The position numbers and the translations under genes are program-made. Positions 50,553-59,491 of a stretch of 64,000 nucleotides of DNA are shown here, one piece after another (position 1 is the stretch's first letter; every line of letters begins with the position of its first letter). This stretch comes from a virus (lineage: Duplodnaviria; Caudoviricetes). The stretch lies in IMG/VR virus record IMGVR_UViG_3300023218_000062; one strand, 5' to 3'. Under the pieces are notes generated by a model that saw only the letters and a program-made list of their open reading frames with translations, did not search any database and was not told the DNA's origin.

Positions 50553-50916
50553 CTGAATTCGTTCCACTTTCAATTTTTGTTTTTCAAAATTATCACTTTA
50601 TTTTTCTTTCTTTGCCTGAATAAATACGTATTTTATAAATAGTTGAAATGAATATATCCAACGAATATGAAAGTACAACAGCTTATGGAAATTGCAGAGA
50701 AATATATAAACGCATACCAATATTACAAACAGATGTACAATACTAATAAAAATATGACTAGAGATTTCATTATAACGACAGTTGCTAGGATGTTTTTAAT
50801 TCCAAATATCAAAGACTTTCACACTTATGTGTTGAAAAGGGATAAAAATGAAAAACATGGAATGCTTTATCCTAAATAATTAATGGGAGTTACACTAAAA
50901 AGACAGCGTGTGAGGT

Positions 50917-51498
50917 TTGGTTTCGATGATTAGAATATTACAAATAACAATTGTTAGTTTATTTCTATTTGCGCCGCGAGCGCTTGCAGAAACTACAATA
51001 GCCGGGGTTTTTATAGTGACCAATGGGCTAGGTTATGATTCTCCCGGATATGGTATACAAATAGGACATAATGATAGATATGGAAACTGGGGTTGGGATG
51101 TCGAAGGTATGGCAGTAAATCATGGGAAAATCGGATCGAATAAAGGTTTTCGCTTACAGACTATTGGAATGGGAAGAAGATTTTTTGGAAACTATTTTAT
51201 AGAAGCAGGCATTGAATGGGGTGGCTATAAATCTGAGTTTCCAGATCGGCCAGCATGGGTAAAGTATGGGCGAGCGCCGGGAGTTGGAATCGGGGCATTA
51301 CAAGATGGTGTTGAATGGAAAATCCGCTATTTTGCGAAAGACACTACACCAAACAACACATCTGTGGCGGCTGCTGCAGTTGATATTCCGTTTGGTGAAT
51401 GGTCTATTGGAGCCACTTTAGAGCGATGGAAATTTGATCAAAATGATGATCGTTTATCAGGTATGCAAGTAGCATTGACATATGGAAGAAAATTTTAA
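50917..51498 (+). CDS. Outer-membrane beta-barrel-like protein
   Basis: Signal-peptide-like ILQITIVSLFLFAPRALA-E, alternating aromatic/Gly beta strands, C-terminal ..VALTYGRKF ending in Phe. Confidence 0.6.
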   Translation: MVSMIRILQITIVSLFLFAPRALAETTIAGVFIVTNGLGYDSPGYGIQIGHNDRYGNWGWDVEGMAVNHGKIGSNKGFRLQTIGMGRRFFGNYFIEAGIEWGGYKSEFPDRPAWVKYGRAPGVGIGALQDGVEWKIRYFAKDTTPNNTSVAAAAVDIPFGEWSIGATLERWKFDQNDDRLSGMQVALTYGRKF

Positions 51499-52262
51499 TT
51501 ATAATATGCCATACTAATAATGCCATTTTCATCTTCATATAGATAAGAACAAAATTCTACCCAACAACCACAATTCAAATACCTGACATTATTAATAATT
51601 TTATCTTCTGCATTGTGAATATGGCCACATATAACACCATTTGCATCATGCTCTTTCGCACATTCTACAACTAATTTTTCGTAATTATTAATATATTGTA
51701 TGGAACGTTTAACACTATGTTTTATCCATTGTGCCAAACTCCATTCTTTCATTTTAAAAAATCTTCTTAATTTATTTTGGAAATTATTTGCCCATATAAT
51801 CAATTTATAACTATAATTCCCTAAAGCATATATAAATGGATACATTCTAATAAGACCATCAAATTCATCACCATGCAGAATAAAAAATTCATCACCATTT
51901 TTTGTCGTATATGTGTCATTGTACTTTATGGTTATTCCATTAAAATTAACACCATCAGGTGATTCTTCTAAAAACTCTTCAGAAAGGAAATGATCATGAT
52001 TCCCTCTTATGTATGTAATTTTCACACCTTTATCTGCCATTCTAAATAATTTTTTTATTATCTTTCTATGTCTAGACCAAAATACTTTGTGGCTAAAATT
52101 TGTCATATCAATAATATCCCCTACAAGAAATAGCTGTTGGATTATATATTTCCCATTCTTGTCTTCTAAGGACTTTAAGAAATCATATAGTTTATTATAT
52201 TGGCAGTTAGGGTTTCCTAGATGTACATCGGATATCCAAATAGTAACGGGTTTTATTTTCAC
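51495..52262 (-). CDS. plcP: PlcP/LpxH-like metallophosphoesterase (phospholipase C type)
   Basis: WISDVHLG, LFLVGDIID, KGVKITYIRGNHD, LHGDEFD, WSLAQWIKHSVK..I..YE, NGVICGHIH.AE, YLNCGCWVE. Confidence 0.78.
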   Translation of the reverse strand: MKIKPVTIWISDVHLGNPNCQYNKLYDFLKSLEDKNGKYIIQQLFLVGDIIDMTNFSHKVFWSRHRKIIKKLFRMADKGVKITYIRGNHDHFLSEEFLEESPDGVNFNGITIKYNDTYTTKNGDEFFILHGDEFDGLIRMYPFIYALGNYSYKLIIWANNFQNKLRRFFKMKEWSLAQWIKHSVKRSIQYINNYEKLVVECAKEHDANGVICGHIHNAEDKIINNVRYLNCGCWVEFCSYLYEDENGIISMAYYN

Positions 52263-52290
52263 ATAAGCTCCTTTTCAGAAAATGTTAAAT

Positions 52291-52366
52291 TGGTGCCAAT
52301 AGAGGGATTTGAACCCCCGACCTTTTCCATACCAAGAAATTGCTCTTCCGGCTGAGCTATATTGGC
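52291..52366 (-). tRNA. tRNA-Thr(GGU)
   Basis: GCCAATA/TATTGGC, ATTTC-TT-GGT-AT-GGAAA, GGGGG-TTCAAAT-CCCTC, ACCA. Confidence 0.9.
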
Positions 52367-53158
52367 TTATTTATACTATTTATCATCCGGGCCCAATTGC
52401 GCAGGCGGTAATCTTCATACTTTGGCTCAAGCCGATGTATCACTACACTATACATATAAACTTCTGGATTGTCAATCCACTTTTGGCCTTCTTTACAGCT
52501 TGAATTCCATTCATGAGCAAATCTCCATATCTCAAGAGATTTCTTTTTAAAATCATCGGGCATTTTACTATCAATTTTTTGTGGAATAGATTCATTAAAT
52601 ATCCCAGTGTTAATGGCTTCTTTCTTGCCAATAGTTTTTAATTTTTTGGTATTTATTGCCACACATTCAAAAGCATATCGAGCATAAGCCTTTTTCATTT
52701 TTGAGGCTTCAATCCATTTTGGATCTCTAGCTTTATAAAAATCTGTGTAATATTGTATTGTCTTTGTGTTATCATTTTGAACTATTCTATATTTTTCAGG
52801 AACCCAATAGCTTACATCTTTTTCCAGCGAGGGTTTCTTTTTCTTTCCTACAGGTTCTAATATAATTCTAGGTGTGTTCCCAAATCTATATCGGATAAAT
52901 TTAAAGAATCTATATGGGACTTCTACCGTAAGTTTATTATTTGAATCCATTAATATGCTTGTATTCTACTTTTACTATTCTCTGTGGAGGATACCATACA
53001 GCACTGCTAGGTTCTTGTTTTTCAAAAACCCCTGTATTTTTTATTTCATTTAATCTAGTTTCTAAAGTATATCTACCTTGAATAATTTGTTCTTCAATTA
53101 TTGGCATCTTTTTTCCATTAATATAAATCTTGTATTCAATATATTCTCTATTTTCCAT
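52357..53158 (-). CDS. Two hypothetical ORFs (52357-52950, 52937-53158)
   Basis: Overlapping stop/start arrangement between tRNA-Ser and tRNA-Thr; the first has an ASCH-like 'C..W..NP.V' ending. Confidence 0.6.
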
Positions 53159-53179
53159 ATATAATTATCCTGTTAAATT

Positions 53180-53274
53180 TGGTGGAAGGAGAGGGATTCG
53201 AACCCTCGGAACATGGGGCTACCATATTCAAGACATTAGCAGTGTCCCGCCTTCGTCCACTCGGCCACCCTTCC
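53180..53274 (-). tRNA. tRNA-Ser(GCU), long variable arm
   Basis: GGAAGGG/TCCTTCC, GGACA-CT-GCT-AA-TGTCT, long V-arm, GAGGG-TTCGAAT-CCCTC, ACCA. Confidence 0.93.
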
Positions 53275-53352
53275 AATTTAATAATATTATAATAGTTTCA
53301 GTGTTTATTGTCAATTGGTAAATACTATTTATATTATAATATTTTTGCATAA

Positions 53353-53673
53353 ATGTATATAACTTCAAAAGAATTCAAACATTTATTAAATAATCTTAGA
53401 GCCAATGCAAAAAAGCGTGGAATATCATTTGACTTGACTACTGCCGATATTGATTATATTGGAATTCCTCTGACATGCCCAGTATTAGGAATTCCTTTAA
53501 CATTTAATAAAGGCTCTCCAAAAGACAATTCCATATCATTCGACCGTATTGATTCAAAAAAAGGTTATACTAGAGATAATATAATTATTGTATCTCATAG
53601 AGTTAATAAACTAAAATCTGATTCAACTTTTGAAGAAATGAAAAAAATATTTGAATTTTATAATGACCTATAA
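53353..53673 (+). CDS. His-Me-finger/HNH-like phage protein
   Basis: AKKRGISFDL, CPVLGIPL, SFDRIDSKKGYTRDN, VNKLKSD. Confidence 0.65.
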   Translation: MYITSKEFKHLLNNLRANAKKRGISFDLTTADIDYIGIPLTCPVLGIPLTFNKGSPKDNSISFDRIDSKKGYTRDNIIIVSHRVNKLKSDSTFEEMKKIFEFYNDL

Positions 53674-53722
53674 AAAATCCCCTCAGAAGAGGGGATTTTT
53701 ATCGGTCTCGCAGAGCTAAGAA

Positions 53723-54016
53723 TTAACTAGCCCCACACGTCCCCTCACCACATGCGCCTTCTTTGTCTTCTGATTCTTCACCACACGAACCTTCACCGCA
53801 CGCGCCTTCAGAATCTTCACTATCGCTTTCTTCACCACAAGAGCCTTCCCCGCAAGAGCCTTCTTTGTCATCTGCTATAGCATTTAATGGCATGCCAGTA
53901 TTCTCTGCCATGAATAGGTTAGCCTCATTTTCTAAATTTATTTCCGTGGCCGATGCTACTCCTGCCATAGTGGTTAGTCCTGCTATCGTTGCGATTGTTA
54001 GTTTGTTAGACTTCAT
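53723..54016 (-). CDS. HvfA/oxazolin-like RiPP precursor: signal peptide + EGxCG repeats
   Basis: AAAGGAG RBS then MKSNKLTIATIAGLTTMAGVASA-; six EG[SAT]CG repeats in three pairs (EGSCGEGSCG, EGACGEGSCG, EGACGEGTCG). Confidence 0.75.
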   Translation of the reverse strand: MKSNKLTIATIAGLTTMAGVASATEINLENEANLFMAENTGMPLNAIADDKEGSCGEGSCGEESDSEDSEGACGEGSCGEESEDKEGACGEGTCGAS

Positions 54017-54137
54017 ATTACTTCTCCTTTGTGTTGTATATATTATTGTACCTCTCGTTCTATTATTTATCACGTTAAAGCTTAGAGGTCTTATATCCAT
54101 TGAAGTTTATCATTTTTCACACATAATTATGCGTATT

Positions 54138-54614
54138 TTAGTGGGCTAAGGCGCATGATTTTATAATATGGTGAATTTCCATATCCTTTTTTTCAAGAGG
54201 AGGGGGGTTACCATCAAATATAGAGCCTATTGAATCATAACTGTAAATGCGTTCAGGTATAACTATTCCCACTGAAGTTGTTGCGTTATTTAACGCGGAT
54301 TCTTCTTCTTCAAAGCACTTAACAGGATAAACCGTACCGTTACGTGTAAGAAGATTTAGCTTCCTAGCTAAATCCTGCAAATCTCTTTGGCTGCCACCGT
54401 TCAACAATATTATTGTTTTATCATTTTTGCTCCATTCATAGAATATTTTAGACGCAATATTACTATACATCATATATTGAACGCTCATTTTTTGAATAAC
54501 ATGAGCAGCTTGTAATCCTTGTTGCAGAGAAGACAGGTACATATTACCAAAGAAATATCCTCTATACTTTTGGTCATTTTCTGATTTCTCAGTACTTAAA
54601 CTTTCTTTGGACAT
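54138..54614 (-). CDS. Peptidyl-tRNA hydrolase 2 (PTH2)-like protein
   Basis: LSSLQQGLQAAHV, W..NDKTIILL, F.EE..ALNNATTSVGI. Confidence 0.55.
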   Translation of the reverse strand: MSKESLSTEKSENDQKYRGYFFGNMYLSSLQQGLQAAHVIQKMSVQYMMYSNIASKIFYEWSKNDKTIILLNGGSQRDLQDLARKLNLLTRNGTVYPVKCFEEEESALNNATTSVGIVIPERIYSYDSIGSIFDGNPPPLEKKDMEIHHIIKSCALAH

Positions 54615-54876
54615 TTTTACCCACCCAATTTATGAATGTAGCTAGTTTATCATGGGATTTTAATTTTGTCAAGTCATTATATTCTTTAGCTAAATCCTTA
54701 TTCGATAAAAATTTATGAATTGCTCCATGGCAATCATGACAAATAAAAATTTTGTTATTCTTCATTTCATCAATAGTAAACATCTTTTTACACCATTTTT
54801 TATTATGCATTTCTTTTGGTATTAAATGGTGTTGAGTGAGTTCTAAGTTACGCTCACATAATTCACAATTTTTCAT
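54589..54876 (-). CDS. Small HNH-type endonuclease-like protein
   Basis: CELCER..LTQHHLIPK, ICHDCHGAIH. Confidence 0.75.
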   Translation of the reverse strand: MKNCELCERNLELTQHHLIPKEMHNKKWCKKMFTIDEMKNNKIFICHDCHGAIHKFLSNKDLAKEYNDLTKLKSHDKLATFINWVGKNVQRKFKY

Positions 54877-54953
54877 TAATGATAATTATCCTTTTTCTTT
54901 TTAGCTGATATACTTCCTATTGAAAAACGGGGGAAGGCCCCCGCTCAGTATTT

Positions 54954-57029
54954 TTATACAATATATTCGCTACTAATTTCCGTTATATTCATCGGTGTAA
55001 TATCACCTTCGAACAGTCCAAATACGATATCTGCATGATTTGGATCATCTACTACGGTAGCATTACGACCTATTGCATGCATCATGAAAAGATCGTATAA
55101 GCTTACTTTATTATTGATAGAAAGCATTGCTTCAGCCACATCGCGTACCGATGCTGCATTACTATTAACATTGTTAGGCAATCTGCCAAATGCATCTGCG
55201 TGTGACATGTCTGTCCATATAATTTCTCTTGTTGTAAGATCAAAAATTACAGGCATAGCACTTGTGCTGTCAAAGTTCATGTCTAGCTTACATTCAACTG
55301 TCTTGGGATCGTAAATTTCGTTGCTCTCCGGAGCAGATCTAGCCATCCAACCGATGAAGCAAGTGTCATGCTCTGCGAAGGTTTTCCCACGGAATACCAT
55401 CACATTCATCGCAACATATCTTGCACCAGCATTAAGAGCCTTTTCAATATCGATATCGATAAATTCACTAGCGCCGTGTGGCGCTCTAGTTATATCACCT
55501 GAATGATATAATCCAGACCTCGGTACTCTGATATTGCAATAGAAAATCTTATCCATGACATGGAAGTTTTCGTTAAATAGTGTAGCACTCAAATCAATAT
55601 CTAGTCCAACCCAATACAAGAATAAACGTACAGTGTTTGTTTCTTCATCTCCAAAAGGAAAACGAGTTCCTCTCGCCGCCGAAAATGTACCATCACTTGC
55701 ACTTCTCTGTTGAAAAGGGATAGGGCATCTTTGTAATGCTGGATCAATATACACCTTACCCAAATCTTCCAGATTAGAAAACCTGTTGGTTAGTATCTTA
55801 GATATTCCAGTTACGAGACTATTAACGACTTTTTCCGGAAGAGCACTCTGTCCACTGATCAATTTCGCCTTTTGAATATTTCCTTTGGGAAACACTACTC
55901 TCTTCTCGGTACTGTTATTTCTAGTTGCAAAATGACCTTTCAACTGTAGAAGAACTTTGGTTGACACATTATCAGCCACAGATATAAACTTGTTTGCAAC
56001 AATTATCTGATTTCGTTCGGTACCTGCCATTCTTAACAAATGATCCAATCTACGCGCAAAGTCGCCGGGACGAGTCACTAATAGCTTAGTAGCCTTAACT
56101 GGATGGCCAGCCCCCAAATGACGCTCAACTTTAGTGTTAAAGGTTTCAACACTTTCATTTTCACGTAATGGTTTGATGGCATCATATACTTTCTTGGAGT
56201 AGTCTCCAACATGCAAAGAGTGTGCCAACTTAACCCACTTTCCGCTATGTCGTACAAGATCTTCTCTGTTAATGACAGATTCTAATCCTTTAACAAGGAT
56301 TCGTCTTTCTGGTCTTTTGAAATTCCTGAATTTAGTGTTGTCTGCTAATGAAACATCACCACCGGACATGTGTGTGGCAATACGCAACACATCGTTGGGG
56401 TTCTTAACCAGTTCATTGATTGGAATTCCATTTTCTACCATGTATGCACCAATAATGCACAGATTTTCCTTGAACGGAATTGTTTCCGGAAATACGAGAT
56501 TTCCGTAATGTTGCAAGAACCATTCAATGATTTCCTTATCTATACTAGATACAGAATCGTTTGATGCCAATATCTTTGTAAATATTGATGCAAACTCGTC
56601 TTCTGTCGCAATTCCCAAAGTTCTAAACTTCACATTCTCAAATGCGAATTCTCTAGGAAGTTTTTCATAATCAGGCTTCCAGTAACCGTAACTCCAATAA
56701 TGCACGATAGCGTTCAAAAACAATTCCAAATCACTGGCTTCGATAACCTGACGAGGAAAATTCGGATACATTGGTTTATGAACTACATTATCGCCTTTCA
56801 ACTCTTTCAATGTTTTAACTAATACTGCTGAAAGGTCTCCTAGCATACGATCTGGAAGCTCTGAGATCACTTTTAAGAGATCTTCATCCATTATATAACC
56901 TAGGTCCATGATATTGGCTTGAAGGGTCATGGCCTTTGCTGTAATCTGTCCCGTTGGACTCTCACTGCGCAGGTGCGCAGGTATAACTACTTTTTCTAGC
57001 TTCTTGATAGCTATTTCTGTCTTATTCAT
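54954..57029 (-). CDS. Large protein with C-terminal TerD-type domain and long helical N-terminal region
   Basis: PMYPNFP.QV, PGDFARRLDHLLR, RLFLYW..DIDLSA, HSGDITRAPHGASEFIDIDI; AAGGAG RBS. Confidence 0.75.
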   Translation of the reverse strand: MNKTEIAIKKLEKVVIPAHLRSESPTGQITAKAMTLQANIMDLGYIMDEDLLKVISELPDRMLGDLSAVLVKTLKELKGDNVVHKPMYPNFPRQVIEASDLELFLNAIVHYWSYGYWKPDYEKLPREFAFENVKFRTLGIATEDEFASIFTKILASNDSVSSIDKEIIEWFLQHYGNLVFPETIPFKENLCIIGAYMVENGIPINELVKNPNDVLRIATHMSGGDVSLADNTKFRNFKRPERRILVKGLESVINREDLVRHSGKWVKLAHSLHVGDYSKKVYDAIKPLRENESVETFNTKVERHLGAGHPVKATKLLVTRPGDFARRLDHLLRMAGTERNQIIVANKFISVADNVSTKVLLQLKGHFATRNNSTEKRVVFPKGNIQKAKLISGQSALPEKVVNSLVTGISKILTNRFSNLEDLGKVYIDPALQRCPIPFQQRSASDGTFSAARGTRFPFGDEETNTVRLFLYWVGLDIDLSATLFNENFHVMDKIFYCNIRVPRSGLYHSGDITRAPHGASEFIDIDIEKALNAGARYVAMNVMVFRGKTFAEHDTCFIGWMARSAPESNEIYDPKTVECKLDMNFDSTSAMPVIFDLTTREIIWTDMSHADAFGRLPNNVNSNAASVRDVAEAMLSINNKVSLYDLFMMHAIGRNATVVDDPNHADIVFGLFEGDITPMNITEISSEYIV

Positions 57030-57118
57030 CTTCGTTCTCCTTGAAGTAAAGTGGAAGAACCATTTTCTTCCGTAGCCTCAAAGCACCAGCAGCCCATCCG
57101 GTCTTTTAGAGTCAAATT

Positions 57119-57190
57119 GTCGGTAAGTTAAAGAGCTAAGTCTAGTTTTCGAAAGTAAAATTATTAGAAGGATGCTCTTTTATAGCCGAC
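57119..57190 (-). ncRNA. Structured leader/small RNA upstream of the TerD-domain gene (Y-RNA-like stem)
   Basis: Promoter TTGACA(57228-57223)-N17-TAGGAT(57205-57200). Transcript GUCGG-CUAUA-AAAGAGC...GCUCUUU-AACUUA-CCGAC forms a two-part stem. Confidence 0.55.
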
Positions 57191-57865
57191 CAGATGTGTA
57201 TCCTAGCACCATCGTTGACCGTTGTCAACTCTTTTTAGAGTTTTTGTTCCATTATTATTTTATTTTCATCATATAAGTCGTACCATATATCATCGTGTAG
57301 TACTACACATAACTCATCTGGTTGATACATAAAAGTAACATTTCATGCATCTTGTATATCTGTGAATTTACGAATTAAATCTGCACATTCAGATTCTTCG
57401 AATAAATGTGTACTTTCATCATCTTGCATAGTGGGTTTGACATTTTCATTTTTTTTTGATTATCGGAAGCATTCAAACCCGTTATATATAAAGGAACCAT
57501 GGTAAGAATCAATATTATTAATATATATTTTATATTCATTTTTAAATATTACATTTATTTTATATTTATAGACGCCTAAAAGTGATATGTAAAACCTATC
57601 CCACTCCATATAAATTTATAGTTTGAGTTTATTCTAGACTCTATACGTGCTCTCATGTTAAAATTCATGAATATAGTATATATGCCTTACAACATACTCC
57701 CCTTCTATTTCAACGGCATGTGCTTTTATTGTTTCTTTAAGTGTGGCTGTTTCCATGTTAAATCCTAAACTTTTATATTGTTTATAACCCCGATGTTTTC
57801 AAAGACCATTAATAAATCCGATTACGTAAATTTTCTACTCTCCACTGTATTGTATTCTGTTTTTT

Positions 57866-58657
57866 CTATGTCCATAGCGAATCCCGTATTTCTATTAATG
57901 TTCCTAACATTCTATCATCTTCTTCGCGCCACACAGTTTCTAGTCTAGAAGTTTTGTCACACCATTCTTTGAATCTGATGTAATCTTCTGAATTATTTTC
58001 TTCCCATTCCGTAGAGAAAGCCGAGCTTAGCTTAGGTAGTACGACTGGGCATTCAGGCACTATCCTATTTGGTCTGATCTTCGTGTACCAAAGATATAAC
58101 TTCAATATTTTTTTGGCGTTCTCAGCCTGATAAGGGCTTTCATCTCCTAAGCTTATTTCCCATTTGAGATAGTCTAATCCGAATTCTTTATGTCTGTTCG
58201 GTTTAAACCGTAAAAAATACGGCAAAAACCTTTTCCATCCCATTAATTCTTTCTGTTTCTCCTTTTCCCCGAATACGCAATTCATATAAGCACATTCTTT
58301 CTCCACATAATCTACAAGTAGGGAAAAGCAAGCGTGAAACATTAACTCTGGCTTATCATGATAAGAACGAGATAGATCGGTTCTAACAATATCAGGCTTG
58401 GTGATAGAATATTTTATGGCATACAGTGCATCTATTATTTTCCATCTAATGTAGTTTATTATATGTATGTGGAATCCATCTTTAACCAAGAAATACCTGA
58501 TTGGCGCATTCTTTTTAAAACTTTTTTCAAAATTATTCCACCCTTCGAAGGTGTCAGACACAGGTGGGTTATATTTCATCCATTTTTTAAAATTATCAAA
58601 CATTTTTAGTTTCCTATATGTAAAATCTAGTATAACATATATATAAAGCACTGTCAA
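57866..58657 (-). CDS. Hypothetical Trp-rich protein
   Basis: 263-aa ORF; probable start at MFDNFKKW. Confidence 0.7.
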   Translation of the reverse strand: MTVLYIYVILDFTYRKLKMFDNFKKWMKYNPPVSDTFEGWNNFEKSFKKNAPIRYFLVKDGFHIHIINYIRWKIIDALYAIKYSITKPDIVRTDLSRSYHDKPELMFHACFSLLVDYVEKECAYMNCVFGEKEKQKELMGWKRFLPYFLRFKPNRHKEFGLDYLKWEISLGDESPYQAENAKKILKLYLWYTKIRPNRIVPECPVVLPKLSSAFSTEWEENNSEDYIRFKEWCDKTSRLETVWREEDDRMLGTLIEIRDSLWT

Positions 58658-58677
58658 AATCGTTGTTTTTAATAATT

Positions 58678-58753
58678 TGGTCGGAGTGACAGGATTTGGG
58701 CCTCCACACGGCCTCCCCCGACCGTGGACTCTGCCAAACTGATCTACAGTCCG
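58678..58753 (-). pseudogene. Degenerate tRNA-Pro-like sequence
   Basis: CGGACTG...AGTTTGGC...CAAATCCTGTCACTCCGACCA retains Pro-type ends, but the anticodon and T stems do not pair. Confidence 0.65.
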
Positions 58754-59491
58754 TTAACGATGTTCCGGGTTTTCAGCTTTTTTATTTCTTCCCTCAAACT
58801 CTTCTAAATTATTTCCTTTGTTAGGTATTCCGCCTTTTAACATTCTGGCAAAGTGTATAAGATTCCATGCCATAAATTGAGAAGTCTTTTTAGTGTATTC
58901 ATTATCCAATCCTGCACCATCATCGCCATACGATTTACCCGGTCCAATTTCGCCTATCCATCCGGTATCCACCTGTGGTGGAATTGTATATCCAATATGG
59001 TTCAAAGAATATAATATACTTTTGGCGCAGTTTTTTACACCATCTTCGTTTCCTGTTATAACACATCCAGCAACTTTACCATAATAAATATATTGTCCCT
59101 TATCGTTTGTTTGACCACTCATAGAATATAATCTTTCCATGACTCTTCCCCATATGGAGCTAGGCTCTCCTAACCAGATAGGTGAACCTATGACTAATAT
59201 ATCTGCTTTATTCACTTTTTCCTCAAAAAAATTGGGCCAATCATCTTTCTTAGCTCCATGTTTTGTCATATCTGGAAAAGTTCCCGGAGCAAGGTCATAA
59301 TCTACGGCTCTAACTTTTTCAACCTCAATACCCTCGGATTTATATATTTTCTCTTGTTCGTTGAAAAGTCTTTCAGTATGTGATCTTTTATTGTCCGATT
59401 TTAATGAGCAGTTTATGAATAATACCTTCATCTTTTCTTTTGATTTGGCTTCAGTTAAATTCTTTATGCCTGTTACATTAGACAAATCCAT
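58754..59491 (-). CDS. Flavodoxin-like NAD(P)H-dependent FMN reductase family protein
   Basis: FINCSLK..SHT, ADILVIGSPIWLGEPSS, ERL, KVAGCVITGNEDG; N-terminal extension ending ..NLTE. Confidence 0.85.
   Translation of the reverse strand: MDLSNVTGIKNLTEAKSKEKMKVLFINCSLKSDNKRSHTERLFNEQEKIYKSEGIEVEKVRAVDYDLAPGTFPDMTKHGAKKDDWPNFFEEKVNKADILVIGSPIWLGEPSSIWGRVMERLYSMSGQTNDKGQYIYYGKVAGCVITGNEDGVKNCAKSILYSLNHIGYTIPPQVDTGWIGEIGPGKSYGDDGAGLDNEYTKKTSQFMAWNLIHFARMLKGGIPNKGNNLEEFEGRNKKAENPEHR

Noticed and set aside
42419-52290. Pho boxes upstream of agt-like and plcP-like genes
   Set aside because: No convincing CTGTCAT-N4 direct repeats were found by eye upstream of either start.
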